This document shows, in pieces, positions 1-11,372 of a stretch of DNA of 64,000 nucleotides. The DNA comes from Glycera tridactyla. Its lineage: Eukaryota. A program made the position numbers and the translations under genes. Positions within the stretch are counted from its first letter, which is position 1. Every line of letters starts with the position of its first letter. Below the pieces are notes generated by a model that saw only the letters and a program-made list of their open reading frames with translations, was not told the origin of the DNA and made no database searches. Location of the stretch: positions 70,928,001 to 70,992,000 of the forward strand of contig OZ286462.1 of NCBI GenBank assembly GCA_965644265.1, in the 5' to 3' direction.

Positions 1-143
1 TCGTGTTTGGCCCACATAACTAATGCATGGAATATCGTCTCTTCGTTGGGCACATTGAGATCATCGCTGGCTAATAACTTGCCAATCTCGTCGGGCGGCA
101 GAATCAAGAACTCCTGATTCCGCATCACGTCCACAAAATGTTC
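1..143 (-). CDS. KLHL5: Kelch-like protein (KLHL1/4/5 family), BACK-domain exon; continues beyond the left edge of the window
   Basis: The minus strand reads [47 protein letters not shown] after a TTTGCAG acceptor (AG at 145-144), phase 0. It joins the 2080-1884 exon in frame and closely resembles the BACK domain of vertebrate KLHL5/KLHL1/KLHL4. The exon is missing from the ORF track because it has no start codon. Confidence 0.93.
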
Positions 144-1883
144 CTGCAAACACAGCAGAGATGATGTTTAACCCACGAACAACCACATCAGATTTCATCC
201 CAAACTACAACTTCTCATCAGCACGATGTTAACCTTTGATGATGCTAATGCTCAAGAGGAATGTTGGTAGTAAAATACAACCTGTATTGAGCAACCACCT
301 TCAGGAAATGGCAAAGTGGTTGCCAAATGCAGCGATTGCTTAATACGGGCTGCACTGAATTTGCTGTGATGAAATGTAAAGATCATGAATGATTAATTTT
401 TGTGCATAAGATGCCAAATTTCATCTCAAAAAGAGTAAACATCACTCCCAAAATCATATTAGTTGACATCTGTATATCTGTGTTTATTCTAATAGGAGAT
501 ATTTTTTCATGATACGCAATTGTACTAAACAAATTGCATTCTCAATTCCAGGCCAATGCTGGAAGTTGATGGATTCAATCTGCAGTGTAGCCACTCCAAA
601 AGAGCAACACAGACAGTTTTCTCCTGTCTTCATACATGCATTGACTCACATCTACAATTTGCCCTTCAAACACAGTCCAAATGTTGGAGAGGGAAAGTAC
701 TTGAAACAAGGAAATGCATCAGATTTCGAAGATACTTCATTTAAGTGTTTAATCACGAATTGACAACTTCAAACCAATTCCACAATCAAAAAGAAGCAAT
801 GAATCAAATCTTGAGAGACTCGAATGCAATCACTTGCTGGCAATTCAAGCATGGGTTGAATATTTCAATATTGCACTCCTCTAAAGTGACTGGGGATGTG
901 AGATGAACATGTACGGGTCCGATCCACAGGAGATGGATGCAGGTAGTCTTATCTGGGATGCTGCAGACCTGAACTATTCCAAGATGGATCCTGCTGCAAT
1001 GCCCTTGAGACACCAACCAATCTATAATTATAACATAGGGCTTTAACCCTACCAATGCTGCCATTCGATTATCACCTCATGAGACTGACTTGTTGGTATA
1101 CAAGTGGGAGGCTCAATATTTTATACAAAGCCCAACTGTGAACCTACATGTTAGACAGCAATTTAAATGTGATGAAAGCAAGTGAAATCACATACATTGC
1201 TCCTGAAATTGTACATAGATTTTCAGGTTTCAATACAGTCTTATATAGGTACAAATCCCATGCTTTCTTCGTACTTCTTTCATATCAAATTCTACTGTCC
1301 CATACAGGTGAATCCTATTTTTTCTCATAGATTTTGCGATCACACTAAGATGCTTATCCCAATCATTTTGCAAACATCTCCACACAAGGTATTCACAGCA
1401 TCTAATAAATCAGTACCTGGAATGAATATCTATTTCTTGAAATGAGACCATGAGTAAAGCAGCAGATATATGAAACTCCATTATCCTGAGCTACTTCCAT
1501 CTTTTCATAACATCTGGCTAAAACTTCTCATCTCGATACTTGAGAATTATTCACTGAAGATCATCTTCTGTATCAGAAATAGTCAAATATACCTGACTGA
1601 GAGACCAGCTATTTAGAAAGACCACATCTTGGTGACATTATGGTGGACGTTCATCAAACCTTTCATGGAAGTGGCCTCTGAGCAATAATGAAATATTACA
1701 TAGGACTTGTGATTCGCTCACTTTCATCATGTGCTATGGGCCAATTTCTGCAAGAATAAACATTGCACAGTGTGTTGACATCTAACTGGATCTTTTTTAC
1801 CATATCTCGCTGCATCCAGAAATTGAATCAAACTTGACAAGAGAGTTGAGACTGATTAAATCAAGCAAACCAAGTTCACTCAC

Positions 1884-2080
1884 CATAACATAGTTATTGG
1901 CAACCTTATAGAGATCGGAGCAGCCCTGAGCGTCGGCAAACTGCCGAATGCCAATACAGTTGGAGGGGTGTAACTGCTTCATGAGAAAGCCACAACACGC
2001 CTCCACCACCTCAGAGATTTGTAGTAAACATGCTGTCGATAATAAATTCTCCACAGTTTCCTCTTTCAGATCTATTCGAC
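1884..2080 (-). CDS. KLHL5: Kelch-like protein (KLHL1/4/5 family), exon encoding the end of BTB and start of BACK
   Basis: 197-bp exon encoding (G)RIDLKEETVENLLSTACLLQISEVVEACCGFLMKQLHPSNCIGIRQFADAQGCSDLYKVANNYVM. Acceptor TGTTCCAG at 2082-2081 (phase 1), donor GTGAGT at 1883 (phase 0). It lies inside ORF 1797..2240. Confidence 0.95.
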
Positions 2081-2199
2081 CTGGAACAGAAATATCAAAG
2101 AAACATGAAAGAAACGAATCAGATCTGTGAAAAGCTTTATCCACACAATATGATGGCAACCACCACCTCAATGTGATATTCACACACAAAACCATGGTG

Positions 2200-2625
2200 T
2201 CAATCCACATCAATATGACATCACATACATGAACATACACATCACAATGGTGTCACACATTAACATACATGTCAATATGTTGTCATACACACCGACTTCT
2301 ATATCAACATAATGTCATACATCAATATGCACATCAACACGATGAAGCATATTCATGTCAATTTAGTGTCATACACATCAACATGATGAGACACATTCAT
2401 GAATATTCATATCAATATAGTGTCATACACATCAACATGATGAAGCATATTCATGAATATTCATGTTAATATAATGTTATAAACATCTACATGATGAGAC
2501 ACATTCACGAATATCCAAGTGAATATAATGTCATACAAATCAAAATATGCAGCGACATGTCACACAATCAGAATGATGTCACACACCAACATGCACATCA
2601 GGATGATGTCATACAAATCAACTTG
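2200..2625. repeat. Degenerate tandem repeat (~54-57-bp unit, TCATACACATCAACATGATGA core)
   Basis: The core recurs at about 2369, 2423 and 2480, with weaker copies at 2531 and 2609. Confidence 0.7.
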
Positions 2626-4126
2626 CACCTCAGCCTGATGTCATACAGACTGTTATGCACATCAACACCCGCCAAGAGTGAGCTTGATTACATCTGATGG
2701 GATACTTCCTTACATTATACCCTGGCAATGACGCCTCAAGAAAATTGGCTTTCATTCCCGTGCACATTGGCTGGCCGGTAGTGGCAAGACTGGCCATCAT
2801 TTATTGGCACTCAATCTAGGCTAAAGCAGCAATTTGCAAGCATAAGCCAAGCGTCACACCACTGATGAGATCACATGGAGATGACGCCAACAGCCACAAA
2901 GCATCCAAAGCATCGAGACCTACCAAGTTCCTTCCAAATGAAGCAGAAGAAGAGCTGTGTGCAGAGTATTTTGTGGTGGTGGACTGCTTCATGGGTCCAA
3001 TTTTTACTGTATGAAAACATGAACCCATAACTAGTTAATAGAATTCCCCCCAATTGACGTTTCACTGGATTTTAGAGAGGAAGAGCTCTGGGATAATCTG
3101 AGGCTCCAAACTGTGAGATGTATAGTCTGTTGTGCAACAGGACAGTGGTCCTGTTTTACAAAATATTGTTGTATACCACTCAAGCCTTCACTGACCCCAC
3201 CTCATTCAGGATATTACCCAGCCAGCCAAAACAGGGTGTCCAAATTTTTCCTTGTGCAAGAGAAAATGGCACCAACAGCAATTTCTGAAGATGAGAGAAA
3301 TAATGCAGATGGTTTGTTTCTGGATGCCTTGAGATAGTGGTAGACTCTAGGAGCTTTCCTCCGTACTTACATCAATTACTCAATGAAATAGATTTTAACT
3401 ATGTTTTGTATCAAAGGAATCGTTGCAAGCTCTCTCTTGGTCAATTTGAAGATTCATGCTTCACTCGGAGACGGGAAATATCAGAAATGCTGCAATTCAT
3501 AATCATCATTTATTATTCTTGATCCATTATAGAAATTGATTCTGTTATAAAACACCACTGGTTAGTACTTATACAGGGTTTGAGGTGGAAGATAACGAGC
3601 AACTGATTGCCGCTGATCACCCAACTAATTAATTAGGCTGGATTAACTGTCTGGTGTTTGATTTCCGAATCTAATGCCCCGGAGAACAATTGCTACTCAT
3701 ACTATTGACTGATGGGGTAGAGGGATGCCACACTGGACACCCTGGTGATTAAAAGGGGTGTCCAATGTCATAATAGGGCGTCCAAATGATGGCTGAATGT
3801 TCAACTGGCTAATACCCTAACCTCAACAAAGCCAACTGAAGTGCCTGACAGGTTGGTGAAGTTTATATGTCTTCTGGATGCATCACCTGATGCTTGTTCA
3901 TAGAATCCATACATGGCAGTCATTCATTTGAAGATGCTATGAAATCCTCATGCAACGAGAATGATGTGCCAGGGTAGGGAACACTGCATAAAAAAATTAT
4001 TTCTGAAGCATTTCTATCGCAGAAATCGATCAGGATTGATGAAAGGCCCGATACATGGTTGGCATTTAACAGGAGATGCTATGAAATACTTTGCACTGAG
4101 AACTGCAAGGCCTGAAAAGGGTACTA

Positions 4127-4298
4127 CAATGAAACCTGTGACAAGAGACCACCCTGAATGTTACCAAAAAGTGTTCTCTCAAAAGAGGTCTCTCTTCAGA
4201 GGTATATTTGACTATGTCAAATAGGAAGCTTTCCTGCAAAAGTGATCTACCATCAGAGGGGGTCTCTCGTTGGGGGTCTCTTGTCGCAGGTTTCACTG
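4127..4298. mobile_element. MITE family B copy (pogo/Tc1-mariner-like ends, TA-flanked)
   Basis: TA|CAATGAAACCTG ... CAGGTTTCACTG|TA with internal GAGAGACC/GGTCTCTC repeats. Confidence 0.8.
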
Positions 4299-5602
4299 TA
4301 TCCTTCAAGAATTTTTTTGTGAAGAGCCTTTGTCCAGAATATCGATCTGGTGTGTGGGGAAGTAACATACATGACCACCATTTATGAGAGATGCTGTGAA
4401 ATACATCCATGTTGAATTTGGTGAAGCTGAATATTGCGAGCCTATCAGAAATGTCTGGTTATTTTGTTTGTTTCTTTGGTTGGTTGGTTCATTGGGGTTC
4501 AATGACACATACAGACTTGAAAAAGCATATGTGCCATTCGTTCATGATGTATGAAATTGGGATACTCTGCCCCTGCAGGAATCACTCTCACAAACCCAAT
4601 ATCCATCCTGAGATCATATGCTTACAGTTACAAGTCATTCTGATCTTAGAACACAACTAAAACATACCCTTTTCAGCAAAGAAACGACTGAGATGGAAAA
4701 TGACAACTACTCAGAATTCACTCAACCTGAATATAGCACAAAATACAATTCCCAGGGAATGCCAAAGCTCACTGCCGATGGCAGATTCCCGGCAAATTGC
4801 ATGTAGAGCAAACAGCAACACCTGGGACAGAAGAGTTGATTCACCAGAGAGCAAGGCAGCTCCCTGTATCCACTAATGCCTGCCTTTAATCCCAAGTGTT
4901 GCTATGCACCCTGCATCAGAATGAGATCCTTAACCCTCTCACATTCCCCTCCATTTTCCCCCGAATTGTAGCTGGTAACAGAGTGAGACCTACCCTCTCT
5001 GGTGAGAGTGAGAAGAGGCCTCCATCTCAAGTGAATCAGAGTTGTGATTGGCTCACAACCGAAAAACCCTGATAACATGACTGGAGGCGCTTTTCACCAA
5101 GATTTTGTGGACCGAGAAATACATGTACCAACAACTGTTGATTAATGGCTACTAGCACTGCATATAAATTTTCTGCTCTATCTCCACTAGTTCTGGTTCA
5201 ATTTCCATGATCTAAAATACTAAATACCCCGCCCCCTCCCAACACTAGGGAGGCTGCCCTCTGAAGTAGTCCACCCTTGCTCCATTTCACTGACTGCTCA
5301 GTGATTTTCGCGAAATCAAGATACACAATTGAGGGAGCCATGAGATAATTCATGAGATTTGACAATCTCCCTCCTGATTATAGGTACTGGTAATGCCAAG
5401 CATGATCAAATGTCTCAAACTCTAATGAGGCACAGTGGGATCACTCAACTGACCTAAAGAATTCATTCATGCGATAATACTGGTAATCTTCATCGTGAGA
5501 GACATCTATTAGCGTTACGTCTTTGGTATAAGTAAAGAAACAAGCAGTAAGAGCTGAACCTTGGATGTTAACAAGAAGCTCTAATCACATCCTTAGTGTA
5601 TA

Positions 5603-5704
5603 CAGTTGAACCTGCTCTAAAAACCACCTCTCTATAAAGACCACCTGCCTATAAAGACCGCTTTTGGTGCGACCGAGGGTGGTCTTTATAGACAGGTTCA
5701 ACTG
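5603..5704. mobile_element. MITE family A short copy (CAGT..ACTG, TA-flanked)
   Basis: TA|CAGTTGAACCTG ... CAGGTTCAACTG|TA with CTATAAAGACC repeats. Confidence 0.85.
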
Positions 5705-5883
5705 TATTTGAAATAAATGATTTACTCAACTATCAAAATACTATAGATGATCCTTGGCTCATCACCAGTGATCAGGGAATATCTTATTACTTTGCAGCGA
5801 TTGTCCACTTGATAAGTGTCTGAAAGCTCTCTCTAAGTACACATGCATGCACACATGCGTGCATGCACCCACGCACACACACA

Positions 5884-6066
5884 TTTTTTTAGTGATAGAA
5901 ATCATGTCAGAGACATATTTCCAGATTGTACTGGCAGCAGGTCCATGAAATGTGTTCCAAATGCCCAAATTATTTTTTGGCTTGTATGGGATTTGAACCA
6001 TCAACCTTCCAGTTTGGCACCCTCGCCAGCAACAAACTGCTCTTGTCCTCTACACCACGGCAGATC
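5884..6066 (-). mobile_element. tRNA-derived SINE
   Basis: The minus strand has an A-box-like GTGGTGTAGAGG (6058-6047), a B-box GGTTCAAATCC (5999-5989) and a 3' A7 tail followed by TG repeats. Homologous copies lie at 6170-6267 and 58327-58516. Confidence 0.8.
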
Positions 6067-6169
6067 TACTAAAATGGATTTGCAATGGACGCAATTAAGC
6101 CAGAGCGCTGGCAGTGTGTTACCCCCAGAGGTCAATGTATCACGAAACCTGGCACTCACATCCACACAC

Positions 6170-6267
6170 TTTTTTTTCGTGATAGAAATCATGTCAGAGA
6201 CATATTTCCAGATTGTACTGGCAACAGGTCCATGAAATGTGTTCCAAATGCCCAAATTATTTTTTGG
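6170..6267 (-). mobile_element. 3' fragment of the same SINE
   Basis: Near-identical to 5884-5985 (GATAGAAATCATGTCAGAGACATATTTCCAGATTGTACTGGC...), lacking the tRNA head. Confidence 0.8.
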
Positions 6268-7167
6268 GTTGACACACACTGAAATTAATAAGTCTTCATG
6301 GCTCTCTTTCAGCCGCGAGAGTTGTGCGGTCACACAGAGATCCACATATAGAATTGCCTCCCAACACTGTATTCCTAAGATAATGTCTTTCCATCAGTCT
6401 AATGAGCACATACATATGGCACAGCAGTAGTTTATAGGAAATGCTCGGCAAACACAAAACACCAACATCCAATTTGAAGTTGGCCTTTATCATTCACTTC
6501 ACTTGGATAACATCATTACAGCATATCCCCAAACAAACACAGTAACCACCAAGATCTTGTCCCTCATTTTTTTTTCATCCTGTTCAAACATGTTATAATT
6601 TCACTATTATTTGCCTATACTAGTTGAATCCGCCTTCCTCTTCCTCGTTCTTCCTCATTCAATATTGACCATCACTCCTAAATAGAGTTGGCAATCAGTA
6701 ATGTATTCATGACTGGTCTAGCAAAACCCACTGATGATCTGGCAACTATCAGGCCATATCAGTGTTTGAGTCCCATTGTCTGATATAAACAGGCAGTTGT
6801 CAGATAAATCATAATGAGCAGGTTTTTTTCAGACAAAAAAGTCTGACAGGAGTAGTGATACTGGTCATATTTTTTTAGATCAGAAAGAATGAATGTGGTC
6901 TTTGGTGACAAAAATTTGAAAACTCTCATCACATTGGCATTGATGTTTTCCCTGCAAAAGTACTTCAGTATTGAATGACCAGTACTAAACATGAAACTCA
7001 CATACATATACTCTCATCTTTCTTCCCAAGCCTGCAGGCTTTGGTTGGCTCTAGTCATTTTGCACTAGATACAAATGGTTGAACTTCAGTCAAGGGAATG
7101 TTTCATACCTTGTTTGGTTAGTCTATGAGACTATGTAGTCTGGTAAATGAGAGAAATGTTCCTAATC

Positions 7168-8205
7168 AGTGTGATTCAATGGGAGAAGTGTTGCTATGTA
7201 GTGTGATTCAATGAGAAGTGTTGCTATGATGTGTGATCCAATGGGAGAAGTGTTGCTATGTAGGGTGATTCAACGAGAGAAGTGTTGCTATGTAGAGTCA
7301 TTCAATGAGAGAAGTGTTGCTATGATGTGTGATTCAATTGGATAAGTGATGCTATGTAGAGTCATTCAACGAGAGAAGTGTTGCTATGTAGAGTCATTCA
7401 ATGAGAGAAGTGATGCTATGTGGAGTCATTCAATGAGAGAAGTGTTGCTATGATGTGTGATCCAATGAGAGAAGTGTTGCTATGTAGAGTCATTCAATGA
7501 GAGAAGTGTTGCTATGATGTGTGATTCGATGAGAAGAGTCGCTATGTAGTGTCATTCAATGAGAGAAGTGTCGCTCCGTAGTGTGATTCAATGAGAAGTG
7601 TCACTATGTAGAGTCATTCAATAGGAGAAGTGTTGCTTTGTGGTGTAATGCAACGGGAGAAGTGATGCTGTGTAGTGTGATTCAATGAGAAGTGTCGCTA
7701 TGTAGAGTCATTCAATGGGAGAAGTGTCGCTCCGTAGTGTGATTCAATGAGAAGTGTCGCTATGTAGAGTCATTCGATAGGAGAAGTGTTGCTTTGTGGT
7801 GTAATGCAACGGGAGAAGTGATGCTGTGTAGTGTCGTTCAATGAGAGAAGTGATAGTGTCATTCAATAGGAAGTGATGCTATGTAGTGTCGTTCAATGAG
7901 AGAAGTGATAGTGTCATTCTATGAGAGAAGTGTTGCTATGTAGTGTTGTTCAATGAGAGAAGTGATGCAATGAGAAGTGTTGTTCTGTAGTGTCATTCAA
8001 TGAGAAGTGTTGTTCTGTAGTGTCATTCAATGACAGAAGAGTTGGTATTTATATACCGGTAGTCATTTAATGGATTGTTGCTTTGTAGTGTCATTCAATG
8101 AGAGAAGTGTTGCTATGTAGTGTCATTCAATGAGAGAAGTGTTGCTTTGTAGTGTCATTCAATGAGAGAAGTGTTGCTTTGTAGTGTGATGTGATGAGAG
8201 AAGTG
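7168..8205. repeat. Minisatellite, 30-33-bp unit (GAGAAGTGTTGCTATGTAGTGTCATTCAATGA)
   Basis: About 1 kb of variant tandem units, seen directly. Confidence 0.95.
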
Positions 8206-8326
8206 TTGCTTCGTTGTGTGGGTTAACACAGAGACAAAGACAATGGCTGAGCTTCCCTGAGTCAGCGGCTTGCATGCATAAATATTTCAGCGACAGACCT
8301 AACCAGATATATCTGCTGACCTCAAC

Positions 8327-8344
8327 AGTCTCTCTCTATGTCTC

Positions 8345-8380
<36 letters not shown>

Positions 8381-8410
8381 CCTCCCTCTCTATCTCTCAC
8401 TCTTTCTCCC
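8327..8410. repeat. (CT)n microsatellite, imperfect
   Basis: Direct reading. Confidence 0.9.
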
Positions 8411-8678
8411 TAGTAAGACATAACACATGATATAGAGTAAGATGCAATAAGCGACCCCCCAGTAAGCAACTGTGTTTCAATGTAAAATATTCTCAATATG
8501 ATTGACCTCTAGAGTCACCATCTCACCACTCAAATGTGAAGTCACAACAATGTGAAACTTCCTGTAAATTAAAGACCAGGGAGTGGTTGATATGGGGCAA
8601 TATCAAATAATGTGACATTATATAAGGTGGCGTTCACACAAGGCAGCTAGATTGAACATTCACAGCCACACCTGAATA

Positions 8679-9002
8679 GAGAGTACACATGAGCCTGCAT
8701 ATGAAATTTTCATTGTGAGATTGGCAATAGGATGGAGAGTGAATGGTGAATATCACAACACAATGCATGAAATCTATGGTTGGAATCAGATGATAACAAG
8801 TTTCAAATAGAAACCATGCAATTTCCTGAATCGTCCATATGAGAGTACACATGAGCCTGCATATGAAATTTTCATTGTGAGATTGGCAATAGGATGGAGA
8901 GTGAATGGTGAATATCACAACACAATGCATGAAATCTATGGTTGGAATCAGATGATAACAAGTTTCAAATAGAAACCATGCAATTCCCTGAATCGTCCAT
9001 AT
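8679..9002. repeat. Tandem duplication, 2 x 162 bp
   Basis: Copies start at 8679 and 8841 with one visible mismatch. It appears as a 54-aa repeat in ORF 8634..9020. Confidence 0.92.
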
Positions 9003-11052
9003 GAAATCACTGTAGTCCACTCATAAACATTTTTTTAGACTCAATGACCTTGAGGTCAAGAAATGGCCACTCAAAAAATGAAAAGTGTCTTCTTGCACAA
9101 TGAATGCATTCCGACTCCAAGAGGAGATGCCGAAACATTTGTGGTAACAGAGCATGACAACATCAAAACATCCATCTGCCAGGTGGGCAGGTACATTTTC
9201 AGATCTACCTACCCCCCCTTCATAATTCAGCATGCCTCCATTATGTGTTCATTGCATTTTGAACATTGTCTACCTGGCCATCAGGCAGGGAGGTTCTGAA
9301 ATCAACCGGCCCACCTTGGAAATCTACCTAAAAGGGGCAGGTGGGAGGCCATCTTGTCACGCCCTGTGTGGTACCTCTACATTGTCAACACTAACGCAGT
9401 ACACCAAAGTGGTTAAAATTCAAAGTGGAATTAATGCAGTTTGGCAGTGAACTTCGAGCACTTGAACCAAATTGATCAATTTACAGGAGAATAAATGACA
9501 CGTGAGACTCAATTCAAACAGTTCTAAGCGGTCAAGTTCTGTCAATCCAGCAATGCTGAAAGTGATGCCAACAATGAGCAAATGGCAATTTCACTGTGAA
9601 CAGCCAACATTGCTGGTCCACTCTCAATGCATAGTGAACAATGTGCCTGCTATCATTGCTATTCTCCCATGTTTGATGGTTGCTTGTCCAGTAATACATC
9701 ATTTACTCAATTTTGACACTATGATTTGAAGAAACTTTGTATATTCAAAGTCACATTCTGGACTGACAGGTCAGGAAACTTGCGATGAAGACATTACTAG
9801 AGCACATATTATATTCCAAGGTACATGGAAAATGATATACAAAATTGATAGCTTGTAACATAATGAAATCATTCCTTTCTATGCCACCAAAACAGAATTT
9901 TTCATAATGCTCGGTGGCGCAATCATCCTTGGGGCCATCATCTTGGTATTTCTGAGACAAGATTGAGAGGATATATGGAAATTGGATTGAATGACACTGC
10001 CACAGTGCATATTGCCTTTCAAATCCCTCCATGAGATGAGAGATGAAAAATCAACTCAGTAAATTTCCAGCAAATGCCACCAGAAGAGATACACAAACAA
10101 ACTGACTGGCACATACACACACAATGAAAGACGATATCGATAAAGATCTACAATGTCTTTCATGCACAAATAAAAATAATGAAAGGACAGATGGATGGAC
10201 AGACAGACAAACAAGTATACAGGTGGACTGAAGAGACAAACGGATGGATAGGCAGACAGACAAAATTATGTACTAATGGCCAGACAGAAAGATGGGCTGA
10301 TGGATGAACAGACAGACAGAATTGAAACCTTCCTGGCTTCCTCCTCATTCATAAAGGTCCAATCTGATCTAAGCAAAAATCATAGCCTTTATGACCTGGC
10401 AACTGAGCTGCACATCAGCCAAGCAAACCTCCATGATGTCATGGATGCCTCACACAACACCGTGTGACAGGCAGTTTGTTTATATTGCTTAGCAATGTAT
10501 TGATGATGTGGAGATACCACATGTCAGGATGATGAGACCATACATTAAGGTCCATCAATACCTCAGGAGCCACTGACACCTCAGAAACCACCTGTATGGT
10601 ACCTTAGGAACCACCAGTATCTTAGGAACCACCAGCACCATAGGGAACAACAGTTGGTGAAATTCATTCATCACCTTGCTGTCATGCCACGAAGATTTTT
10701 CTTTGAGAGCTCTTCACTGGGTCCAGGGATTTCAAAGTTTGAAAAGTCAGAATATCACTGATATTTGAATACAGAAGACCTTAGCACAGCCTATTCAATG
10801 ATTGGCAATTGTTCAAAAAGTATTAAATCTCATTCAACTTATAATCAAAAATAAGAAATAAGACAGGGATCACTGGTAACCAGGCACTAAGGGGAAAGTA
10901 GGCATAATGCATAACAAATTACTTATGCAATTATTACTTTTTGTGCATGTGATCTATGACCTTTGTCTGGCTGGCTAAATACGAGATTTCATAGGATGGT
11001 ATCATGAGATTCAATAGATGATTCAAACCAGGATTTAGAAGTCTTCACCTAC

Positions 11053-11372
11053 CTGTATAGAGGTACTGTACAAGAGATGCGAGGGCGTCCGGATCCACGT
11101 CCTGCATCTCAATCTCGCTCTGGGTCGCTTCACGCACATCGTTCGTAAACATCGCTGAGAAGTAGTCCGAAGCAGCGCTGAGTACAATTCGGTGTGCGTG
11201 AACCTGCCGATGCCCCGCTATGAGCGTGACATCGCACAGTTGTCTTTTCGCCATGTACGCCTCCATCTTGCGCATCATGCGCTCGGCATGATTCAGCGAA
11301 CAGTAACTCTCGTCGGCCGCATCAGGCTCCATCTTGTGGTGGTAGCTGGCGTACGAGTGTTGCAACACGTAC
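11053..11372 (-). CDS. KLHL5: Kelch-like protein (KLHL1/4/5 family), BTB/POZ-domain exon
   Basis: 320-bp exon: YVLQHSYASYHHKMEPDAADESYCSLNHAERMMRKMEAYMAKRQLCDVTLIAGHRQVHAHRIVLSAASDYFSAMFTNDVREATQSEIEMQDVDPDALASLVQYLYTG. Acceptor TGTTTCAG (11374-11373), donor GTAGGT at 11052, phase 1 matching the next exon. An in-frame ATG in good context (AAGATGG) at 11332 could be the start. The symbol indicates the family; orthology among KLHL1/4/5 cannot be resolved by eye. Confidence 0.93.

Noticed and set aside
804-1064. Possible LINE RT remnant (DWLV..GIAAGSIL) on the minus strand
   Set aside because: A single weak motif across a frameshift; too degraded to support.
5884-6066. tRNA gene
   Set aside because: A and B boxes are present, but there is no acceptor-stem closure, and a body, A-tail and dispersed copies indicate a SINE.
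7168-8205. CRISPR-like array
   Set aside because: The units are contiguous with no unique spacers, no cas genes are present, and the context is a eukaryotic intron.
9020-10050. Possible decayed hAT transposase on the minus strand
   Set aside because: Only vague similarity (NCHLLIVG versus HCxAHxL) among many stops; it needs TBLASTX/HMM support.
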